Shown: one piece after another, positions 1 through 10,878 of the stretch | How positions within the stretch are numbered: position 1 is the stretch's first letter | Layout of the letters: every line of letters starts with the position of its first letter | Source: Auanema rhodensis | Lineage: Eukaryota; Animalia; Nematoda | Direction of reading: 5' to 3' | DNA: 64,000 nucleotides | Assembly: GCA_964057225.1 (NCBI GenBank) | Contig: OZ059894.1 | Coordinates: forward strand, 20,584,001-20,648,000 | The notes under the pieces: model-generated | Database searches by the model: none | Seen by the model: only the letters and a program-made list of their open reading frames with translations | Told to the model about the DNA's origin: nothing | Made by a program: the position numbers and the translations under genes

Positions 1-116
1 AATGCATTATACTACATTGAGAAACGCTTAATACAAAAATTAGTTATGATCGTTTGAAAAATGATGCATTAGTGTATGTTGAGTTTCCATGTACACTCAA
101 CATTGCTTCCAAAAAC

Positions 117-150
117 ATTTTGACAAAAATTTTTTCGAAAAATTTCAAAA
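117..150. other. A/T-tract dyad B in each monomer: core TTTTTCGAAAAA (131-142), flanked by TTTTGA...TCAAAA
   Basis: 12-bp perfect palindrome with imperfect outer arms. It is broken in the variants TTCGAAAC, TTCGGAAA and TTCGAGAA. Confidence 0.8.
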
Positions 151-426
151 CAATTTAGCAAAAAGTAGATGTTTTTAGATTCCTTTTTTCAAGGTGAAGA
201 CGATGGACAATGTTATTCAACGAAAAAATTAACTCTTCAGGGTGAAAATCGAGGATATAAGTTTGAACTTATATCAGTTGATATCTCGGTGCATTTTTAA
301 GCTAGCGCAAATCTGATAACACAAATCGACGCAGCTTAAAAATCCGCATCGAATGCACTATACTACATTGAGAAACGCTTAATACAAAAATTAGTTATGA
401 TCGTTTGAAAAATGATGCATTAGTGT

Positions 427-454
427 ATGTTGAGTTTCCATGTACACTCAACAT
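427..454. other. Inverted repeat A in each monomer (pos. 76-103): ATGTTGAGT-N10-ACTCAACAT
   Basis: Perfect 9-bp arms around a 10-nt spacer, read directly from the sequence. Confidence 0.9.
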
Positions 455-604
455 TGCTTCCAAAAACATTTTGACAAAAATTTTTTCGAAACATTTCAAA
501 ATAATTTAGCAAAAAGTAGATGTTTTTAGATTCCTTTTTTCAAGGCAAAGACGATGGACAATGTTATTCAACGAAAAAATTAACTCTTCAGGGTGAAAAT
601 CGAG

Positions 605-626
605 GATATAAGTGTGAACTTATATC
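605..626. other. Inverted repeat C in each monomer (pos. 254-275): GATATAAGT-GTGA-ACTTATATC
   Basis: Perfect 9-bp arms with a 4-nt loop. Confidence 0.92.
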
Positions 627-636
627 AGTTGATATC

Positions 637-703
637 TCGGTGCATTTTTAAGCTAGCGCAAATCTGATAACACAGATCGACGCAGCTTAAAAATCCGCAT
701 CGA
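637..703. other. Long imperfect inverted repeat D in each monomer (pos. 286-352)
   Basis: Nested pairings: TCGGTGC/GCATCGA (one G-T), ATTTTTAAGCT/AGCTTAAAAAT (11 bp perfect), GCG/CGC and ATCTG/CAGAT, with a 6-nt loop ATAACA. Confidence 0.88.
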
Positions 704-3700
704 ATGCACTATACTACATTGAGAAACGCTTAATACAAAAATTAGTTATGATCGTTTGAAAAATGATGCATTAGTGTATGTTGAGTTTCCATGTACACTC
801 AACATTGCTTCCAAAAACATTTTGACAAAAATTTTTTCGAAACATTTCAAAATAATTTAGCAAAAAGTAGATGTTTTTAGATTCCTTTTTTCAAGGCAAA
901 GACGATGGACAATGTTATTCAACGAAAAAATTAACTCTTCAGGGTGAAAATCGAGGATATAAGTGTGAACTTATATCAGTTGATATCTCGGTGCATTTTT
1001 AAGCTAGCGCAAATCTGATAACACAGATCGACGCAGCTTAAAAATCCGCATCGAATGCACTATACTACATTGAGAAACGCTTAATACAAAAATTAGTTAT
1101 GATCGTTTGAAAAATGATGCATTAGTGTATGTTGAGTTTCCATGTACACTCAACATTGCTTCCAAAAACATTTTGACAAAAATTTTTTCGAAAAATTTCA
1201 AAATAATTTAGCAAAAAGTATATGTTTTTAGATTCCTTTTTTCAAGGCAAAGACGATGGACAATGTTATTCAACGAAAAAAATAATTCTTCAGGGTGAAA
1301 ATCGAGGATATAAGTGTGAACTTATATCAGTTGATATCTCGGTGCATTTTTAAGCTAGCGCAAATCTGATAACCCAGATCGACGCAGCTTAAAAATCCGC
1401 ATCGAATGCACTGTACTACATTGAGAAACGCTTAATACAAAAATTAGTTATGATCGTTTGAAAAATGATGCATTAGTGTATGTTGAGTTTCCATGTACAC
1501 TCAACATTGCTTCCAAAAACATTTTGACAAAAATTTTTTCGAAAAATTTCATAATAATTTAGCAAAACTAGATGTTTTTAGATTCCTTTTTTCAAGGTAA
1601 AGACGATGGACAATGTTATTCAACGAAAAAATTAACTCTTCAGGGTGAAAATCGAGGATATAAGTGTGAACTTATATCAGTTGATATCTCGGTGCATTTT
1701 TAAGCTAGCGCAAATCTGATAACACAGATCGACGCAGCTTAAAAATCCGCATCGAATGCACTATACTACATTGAGAAACGCTTAATACAAAAATTAGTTA
1801 TGATCGTTTGAAAAATGATGCATTAGTGTATGTTGAGTTTCCATGTACACTCAACATTGCTTCCAAAAACATTTTGACAAAAATTTTTTCGAAAAATTTC
1901 AAAATAATTTAGCAAAAAGTATATGTTTTTAGATTCCTTTTTTCAAGGCAAAGACGATGGACAATGTTATTCAACGAAAAAAATAATTCTTCAGGGTGAA
2001 AATCGAGGATATAAGTGTGAACTTATATCAGTTGATATCTCGGTGCATTTTTAAGCTAGCGCAAATCTGATAACCCAGATCGACGCAGCTTAAAAATCCG
2101 CATCGAATGCACTGTACTACATTGAGAAACGCTTAATACAAAAATTAGTTATGATCGTTTGAAAAATGATGCATTAGTGTATGTTGAGTTTCCATGTACA
2201 CTCAACATTGCTTCCAAAAACATTTTGACAAAAATTTTTTCGGAAAATTTCAAAATAATTTAGCAAAAAGTAGATGTTTTTAGATTTCTTTTTTTAAGGT
2301 AAAGACGATGGACAATGTTATTCAACGAAAAAATTAACTCTTCAGGGTGAAAATCGAGGATATAAGTGTGAACTTATATCAGTTGATATCTCGGTGCATT
2401 TTTAAGCTAGCGCAAATCTGATAACACAGATCGACGCAGCTTAAAAATCCGCATCGAATGCACTATACTACATTGAGAAACGCTTAATACAAAAATTAGT
2501 TATGATCGTTTGAAAAATGATGCATTAGTGTATGTTGAGTTTCCATGTACACTCAACATTGCTTCCAAAAACATTTTGACAAAAATTTTTTCGAAAAATT
2601 TCAAAATAATTTAGCAAAAAGTATATGTTTTTAGATTCCTTTTTTCAAGGCAAAGACGATGGACAATGTTATTCAACGAAAAAAATAATTCTTCAGGGTG
2701 AAAATCGAGGATATAAGTGTGAACTTATATCAGTTGATATCTCGGTGCATTTTTAAGCTAGCGCAAATCTGATAACCCAGATCGACGCAGCTTAAAAATC
2801 CGCATCGAATGCACTGTACTACATTGAGAAACGCTTAATACAAAAATTAGTTATGATCGTTTGAAAAATGATGCATTAGTGTATGTTGAGTTTCCATGTA
2901 CACTCAACATTGCTTCCAAAAACATTTTGACAAAAATTTTTTCGAAAAATTTCAAAACAATTTAGCAAAAAGTAGATGTTTTTAGATTCCTTTTTTCAAG
3001 GTAAAGACGATGGACAATGTTATTCAACGAAAAAATTAACTCTTCAGGGTGAAAATCGAGGATATAAGTGTGAACTTATATCAGTTGATATCTCGGTGCA
3101 TTTTTAAGCTAGCGCAAATCTGATAACCCAGATCGACGCAGCTTAAAAATCCGCATCGAATGCACTGTACTACATTGAGAAACGCTTAATACAAAAATTA
3201 GTTATGATCGTTTGAAAAATGATGCATTAGTGTATGTTGAGTTTCCATGTACACTCAACATTGCTTCCAAAAACATTTTGACAAAAATTTTTTCGAAAAA
3301 TTTCATAATAATTTAGCAAAAAGTAGATGTTTTTAGATTCCTTTTTTCAAGGTAAAGACGATGGACAATGTTATTGAACGAAAAAATTAACTCTTCAGGG
3401 TGAAAATCGAGGATATAAGTGTGAACTTATATCAGTTGATATCTCGGTGCATTTTTAAGCTAGCGCAAATCTGATAACACAGATCGACGCAGCTTAAAAA
3501 TCCGCATCGAATGCACTATACTACATTGAGAAACGCTTAATACAAAAATTAGTTATGATCGTTTGAAAAATGATGCATTAGTGTATGTTGAGTTTCCATG
3601 TACACTCAACATTGCTTCCAAAAACATTTTGACAAAAATTTTTTCGAAAAATTTCAAAATAATTTAGCAAAAAGTATATGTTTTTAGATTTCTTTTTTCA

Positions 3701-6700
3701 AGGCAAAGACGATGGACAATGTTATTCAACGAAAAAAATAATTCTTCAGGGTGAAAATCGAGGATATAAGTGTGAACTTATATCAGTTGATATCTCGGTG
3801 CATTTTTAAGCTAGCGCAAATCTGATAACCCAGATCGACGCAGCTTAAAAATCCGCATCGAATGCACTGTACTACATTGAGAAACGCTTAATACAAAAAT
3901 TAGTTATGATCGTTTGAAAAATGATGCATTAGTGTATGTTGAGTTTCCATGTACACTCAACATTGCTTCCAAAAACATTTTGACAAAAATTTTTTCGAAA
4001 AATTTCAAAACAATTTAGCAAAAAGTAGATGTTTTTAGATTCCTTTTTTCAAGGTAAAGACGATGGACAATGTTATTCAACGAAAAAATTAACTCTTCAG
4101 GGTGAAAATCGAGGATATAAGTGTGAACTTATATCAGTTGATATCTCGGTGCATTTTTAAGCTAGCGCAAATCTGATAACACAGATCGACGCAGCTTAAA
4201 AATCCGCATCGAATGCACTATACTACATTGAGAAACGCTTAATACAAAAATTAGTTATGATCGTTTGAAAAATGATGCATTAGTGTATGTTGAGTTTCCA
4301 TGTACACTCAACATTGCTTCCAAAAACATTTTGACAAAAATTTTTTCGAAACATTTCAGAATAATTTAGCAAAAAGTAGATGTTTTTAGATTCCTTTTTT
4401 CAAGGCAAAGACGATGGACAATGTTATTCAACGAAAAAATTAACTCTTCAGGGTGAAAATCGAGGATATAAGTGTGAACTTATATCAGTTGATATCTCGG
4501 TGCATTTTTAAGCTAGCGCAAATCTGATAACACAGATCGACGCAGCTTAAAAATCCGCATCGAATGCACTATACTACATTGAGAAACGCTTAATACAAAA
4601 ATTAGTTATGATCGTTTGAAAAATGATGCATTAGTGTATGTTGAGTTTCCATGTACACTCAACATTGCTTCCAAAAACATTTTGACAAAAATTTTTTCGA
4701 AACATTTCAGAATAATTTAGCAAAAAGTAGATGTTTTTAGATTCCTTTTTTCAAGGCAAAGACGATGGACAATGTTATTCAACGAAAAAATTAACTCTTC
4801 AGGGTGAAAATCGAGGATATAAGTGTGAACTTATATCAGTTGATATCTCGGTGCATTTTTAAGCTAGCGCAAATCTGATAACACAGATCGACGCAGCTTA
4901 AAAATCCGCATCGAATGCACTATACTACATTGAGAAACGCTCAATACAAAAATTAGTTATGATCGTTTGAAAAATGATGCATTAGTGTATGTTGAGTTTC
5001 CATGTACACTCAACATTGCTTCCAAAAACATTTTGACAAAAATTTTTTCGAAACATTTCAAAATAATTTAGCAAAAAGTAGATGTTTTTAGATTTCTTTT
5101 TTTAAGGTAAAGACGATGGACAATGTTATTCAACGAAAAAATTAACTCTTCAGGGTGAAAAGCGAGGATATAAGTGTGAACTTATATCAGTTGATATCTC
5201 GGTGCATTTTTAAGCTAGCGCAAATCTGATAACACAGATCGACGCAGCTTAAAAATCCGCATCGAATGCACTATACTACATTGAGAAACGCTTAATACAA
5301 AAATTAGTTATGATCGTTTGAAAAATGATGCATTAGTGTATGTTGAGTTTCCATGTACACTCAACATTGCTTCCAAAAACATTTTGACAAAAATTTTTTC
5401 GAAACATTTCAAAATAATTTAGCAAAAAGTAGATGTTTTTAGATTTCTTTTTTCAAGGCAAAGACGATGGACAATATTATTCAACGAAAAAATTAACTCT
5501 TCAGGGTGAAAATCGAGGATATAAGTGTGAACTTATATCAGTTGATATCTCGGTGCATTTTTAAGCTAGCGCAAATCTGATAACCCAGATCGACGCAGCT
5601 TAAAAATCCGCATCGAATGCACTGTACTACATTGAGAAACGCTTAATACAAAAATTAGTTATGATCGTTTGAAAAATGATGCATTAGTGTATGTTGAGTT
5701 TCCATGTACACTCAACATTGCTTCCAAAAACATTTTGACAAAAATTTTTTCGAAAAATTTCAAAATAATTTAGCAAAAAGTAGATGTTTTTAGATTTCTT
5801 TTTTTAAGGTAAAGACGATGGACAATGTTATTCAACGAAAAAATTAACTCTTCAGGGTGAAAAGCGAGGATATAAGTGTGAACTTATATCAGTTGATATC
5901 TCGGTGCATTTTTAAGCTAGCGCAAATCTGATAACACAGATCGACGCAGCTTAAAAATCCGCATCGAATGCACTATACTACATTGAGAAACGCTTAATAC
6001 AAAAATTAGTTATGATCGTTTGAAAAATGATGCATTAGTGTATGTTGAGTTTCCATGTACACTCAACATTGCTTCCAAAAACATTTTGACAAAAATTTTT
6101 TCGAAACATTTCAAAATAATTTAGCAAAAAGTAGATGTTTTTAGATTTCTTTTTTTAAGGTAAAGACGATGGACAATGTTATTCAACGAAAAAATTAACT
6201 CTTCAGGGTGAAAAGCGAGGATATAAGTGTGAACTTATATCAGTTGATATCTCGGTGCATTTTTAAGCTAGCGCAAATCTGATAACACAGATCGACGCAG
6301 CTTAAAAATCCGCATCGAATGCACTATACTACATTGAGAAACGCTTAATACAAAAATTAGTTATGATCGTTTGAAAAATGATGCATTAGTGTATGTTGAG
6401 TTTCCATGTACACTCAACATTGCTTCCAAAAACATTTTGACAAAAATTTTTTCGAAACATTTCAAAATAATTTAGCAAAAAGTAGATGTTTTTAGATTTC
6501 TTTTTTTAAGGTAAAGACGATGGACAATGTTATTCAACGAAAAAATTAACTCTTCAGGGTGAAAAGCGAGGATATAAGTGTGAACTTATATCAGTTGATA
6601 TCTCGGTGCATTTTTAAGCTAGCGCAAATCTGATAACACAGATCGACGCAGCTTAAAAATCCGCATCGAATGCACTATACTACATTGAGAAACGCTTAAT

Positions 6701-9700
6701 ACAAAAATTAGTTATGATCGTTTGAAAAATGATGCATTAGTGTATGTTGAGTTTCCATGTACACTCAACATTGCTTCCAAAAACATTTTGACAAAAATTT
6801 TTTCGAAACATTTCAAAATAATTTAGCAAAAAGTAGATGTTTTTAGATTTCTTTTTTCAAGGCAAAGACGATGGACAATGTTATTCAACGAAAAAATTAA
6901 CTCTTCAGGGTGAAAATCGAGGATATAAGTGTGAACTTATATCAGTTGATATCTCGGTGCATTTTTAAGCTAGCGCAAATCTGATAACCCAGATCGACGC
7001 AGCTTAAAAATCCGCATCGAATGCACTGTACTACATTGAGAAACGCTTAATACAAAAATTAGTTATGATCGTTTGAAAAATGATGCATTAGTGTATGTTG
7101 AGTTTCCATGTACACTCAACATTGCTTCCAAAAACATTTTGACAAAAATTTTTTCGAAAAATTTCAAAATAATTTAGCAAAAAGTAGATGTTTTTAGATT
7201 TCTTTTTTTAAGGTAAAGACGATGGACAATGTTATTCAACGAAAAAATTAACTCTTCAGGGTGAAAAGCGAGGATATAAGTGTGAACTTATATCAGTTGA
7301 TATCTCGGTGCATTTTTAAGCTAGCGCAAATCTGATAACACAGATCGACGCAGCTTAAAAATCCGCATCGAATGCACTATACTACATTGAGAAACGCTTA
7401 ATACAAAAATTAGTTATGATCGTTTGAAAAATGATGCATTAGTGTATGTTGAGTTTCCATGTACACTCAACATTGCTTCCAAAAACATTTTGACAAAAAT
7501 TTTTTCGAAACATTTCAAAATAATTTAGCAAAAAGTAGATGTTTTTAGATTTCTTTTTTTAAGGTAAAGACGATGGACAATGTTATTCAACGAAAAAATT
7601 AACTCTTCAGGGTAAAAAGCGAGGATATAAGTGTGAACTTATCAGTTGATATCTCGGTGCATTTTTAAGCTAGCGCAAATCTGATAACACAGATCGACGC
7701 AGCTTAAAAATCCGCATCGAATGCACTATACTACATTGAGAAACGCTTAATACAAAAATTAGTTATGATCGTTTGAAAAATGATGCATTAGTGTATGTTG
7801 AGTTTCCATGTACACTCAACATTGCTTCCAAAAACATTTTGACAAAAATTTTTTCGAAACATTTCAAAATAATTTAGCAAAAAGTAGATGTTTTTAGATT
7901 TCTTTTTTCAAGGCAAAGACGATGGACAATGTTATTCAACGAAAAAATTAACTCTTCAGGGTGAAAATCGAGGATATAAGTGTGAACTTATATCAGTTGA
8001 TATCTCGGTGCATTTTTAAGCTAGCGCAAATCTGATAACACAGATCGACGCAGCTTAAAAATCCGCATCGAATGCACTATACTACATTGAGAAACGCTTA
8101 ATACAAAAATTAGTTATGATCGTTTGAAAAATGATGCATTAGTGTATGTTGAGTTTCCATGTACACTCAACATTGCTTCCAAAAACATTTTGACAAAAAT
8201 TTTTTCGAAAAATTTCAAAACAATTTAGCAAAAAGTAGATGTTTTTAGATTCCTTTTTTCAAGGTAAAGACGATGGACAATGTTATTCAACGAAAAAATT
8301 AACTCTTCAGGGTGAAAATCGAGGATATAAGTGTGAACTTATATCAGTTGATATCTCGGTGCATTTTTAAGCTAGCGCAAATCTGATAGCACAGATCGAC
8401 GCAGCTTAAAAATCCGCATCGAATGCACTATACTACATTGAGAAACGCTTAATACAAAAATTAGTTATGATCGTTCGAAAAATGATGCATTAGTGTATGT
8501 TGAGTTTCCATGTACACTCAACATTGCTTCCAAAAACATTTTGACAAAAATTTTTTCGAAAAATTTCAAAACAATTTAGCAAAAAGTAGATGTTTTTAGA
8601 TTCCTTTTTTCAAGGTAAAGACGATGGACAATGTTATTCAACGAAAAAATTAACTCTTCAGGGTGAAAATCGAAGATATAAGTGTGAACTTATATCAGTT
8701 GATATCTCGGTGCATTTTTAAGCTAGCGCAAATCTGATAGCACAGATCGACGCAGCTTAAAAATCCGCATCGAATGCACTATACTACATTGAGAAACGCT
8801 TAATACAAAAATTAGTTATGATCGTTCGAAAAATGATGCATTAGTGTATGTTGAGTTTCCATGTACACTCAACATTGCTTCCAAAAACATTTTGACAAAA
8901 ATTTTTTCGAAAAATTTCAAAACAATTTAGCAAAAAGTAGATGTTTTTAGATTCCTTTTTTCAAGGTAAAGACGATGGACAATGTTATTCAACGAAAAAA
9001 TTAACTCTTCAGGGTGAAAATCGAAGATATAAGTGTGAACTTATATCAGTTGATATCTCGGTGCATTTTTAAGCTAGCGCAAATCTGATAACACAGATCG
9101 ACGCAGCTTAAAAATCCGCATCGAATACACTATACTACATTGAGAACCGCTTAATACAAAAATTAGTTATGATCGTTTGAAAAATGATGCATTAGTGTAT
9201 GTTGAGTTTCCATGTACACTCAACATTGCTTCCAAAAACATTTTGACAAAAATTTTTTCGAAACATTTCAAAATAATTTAGCAAAAAGTAGATGTTTTTA
9301 GATTTCTTTTTTCAAGGCAAAGACGATGGACAATGTTATTCAACGAAAAAATTAACTCTTCTGGGTGAAAATCGAGGATATAAGTGTGAACTTATATCAG
9401 TTGATATCTCGGTGCATTTTTAAGCTAGCGCAAATCTGATAACACAGATCGACGCAGCTTAAAAATCCGCATCGAATGCACTATACTACATTGAGAAACG
9501 CTTAATACAAAAATTAGTTATGATCGTTTGAAAAATGATGCATTAGTGTATGTTGAGTTTCCATGTACACTCAACATTGCTTCCAAAAACATTTTGACAA
9601 AAATTTTTTCGAAAAATTTCAAAATAATTTAGCAAAAAGTATATGTTTTTAGATTCCTTTTTTCAAGGCAAAGACGATGGACAATGTTATTCAACGAAAA

Positions 9701-10878
9701 AATCAACTCTTCAGGGTGAAAATCGAGGATATAAGTGTGAACTTATATCAGTTGATATCTCGGTGCATTTTTAAGCTAGCGCAAATCTGATAACCCAGAT
9801 CGACGCAGCTTAAAAATCCGCATCGAATGCACTGTACTACATTGAGAAACGCTTAATACAAAAATTAGTTATGATCGTTTGAAAAATGATGCATTAGTGT
9901 ATGTTGAGTTTCCATGTACACTCAACATTGCTTCCAAAAACATTTTGACAAAAATTTTTTCGAAACATTTCAAAATAATTTAGCAAAAAGTAGATGTTTT
10001 TAGATTTCTTTTTTCAAGGCAAAGACGATGGACAATGTTATTCAACGAAAAAATTAACTCTTCAGGGTGAAAATCGAGGATATAAGTGTGAACTTATATC
10101 AGTTGATATCTCGGTGCATTTTTAAGCTAGCGCAAATCTGATAACACAGATCGACGCAGCTTAAAAATCCGCATCGAATGCACTATACTACATTGAGAAA
10201 CGCTTAATACAAAAATTAGTTATGATCGTTTGAAAAATGATGCATTAGTGTATGTTGAGTTTCCATGTACACTCAACATTGCTTCCAAAAACATTTTGAC
10301 AAAAATTTTTTCGAAACATTTCAAAATAATTTAGCAAAAAGTAGATGTTTTTAGATTTCTTTTTTCAAGGCAAAGACGATGGACAATGTTATTCAACGAA
10401 AAAATTAACTCTTCAGGGTGAAAATCGAGGATATAAGTGTGAACTTATATCAGTTGATATCTCGGTGCATTTTTAAGCTAGCGCAAATCTGATAACACAG
10501 ATCGACGCAGCTTAAAAATCCGCATCGAATGCACTATACTACATTGAGAAACGCTTAATACAAAAATTAGTTATGATCGTTTGAAAAATGATGCATTAGT
10601 GTATGTTGAGTTTCCATGTACACTCAACATTGCTTCCAAAAACATTTTGACAAAAATTTTTTCGAAAAATTTCAAAATAATTTAGCAAAAAGTATATGTT
10701 TTTAGATTCCTTTTTTCAAGGCAAAGACGATGGACAATGTTATTCAACGAAAAAAATAATTCTTCAGGGTGAAAATCGAGGATATAAGTGTGAACTTATA
10801 TCAGTTGATATCTCGGTGCATTTTTAAGCTAGCGCAAATCTGATAACCCAGATCGACGCAGCTTAAAAATCCGCATCG

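Larger units (their letters stand above)
352..702. repeat. Representative 351-bp monomer (copy 2; phase is arbitrary)
   Basis: Matches the following copy (703-1053). The consensus has 111/351 G+C, 12 CpG and many A/T tracts of 4-6 nt. Confidence 0.98.

Noticed and set aside
130-240. Hammerhead ribozyme / retrozyme (CTGAAGA on the - strand at 240-234; CTGATAA on the + strand at 313-319)
   Set aside because: Hammerheads do occur in some animal satellites. Here I could not build helix II closing onto GAAA, or helices I and III, and the + strand motif misses the CUGANGA consensus. An Infernal/RNAmotif search of the dimer would settle it.
1-351. Assignment to a named satellite of similar length (Drosophila 359-bp, Tribolium ~360-bp, Chironomus ~350-bp telomeric repeat)
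   Set aside because: Only length and AT content are similar. I recognise no diagnostic sequence, so a database search is required.
1-351. Monomer as a simple dimer of ~175-bp halves
   Set aside because: No visible similarity at a 175-176 bp offset. The only internal similarity found is at a ~126-131 bp offset.
605-656. Helitron 3' end (hairpin followed by CTAG)
   Set aside because: The hairpin is AT-rich and 26 nt from the CTAG, which is followed by C rather than T. This does not fit the canonical terminus.
352-702. Tandem 5S rRNA, tRNA, snRNA or spliced-leader gene unit
   Set aside because: No recognisable 5S, cloverleaf, A/B-box or SL sequence. AATTTTTG on the - strand is Sm-site-like but expected by chance in A/T tracts.
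637-703. Purifying selection on hairpin D as an RNA structure
   Set aside because: Common variants (GCTTCAAAA, CAGAACG, GCAACTT, GTGAATT) break its pairs without compensating changes.
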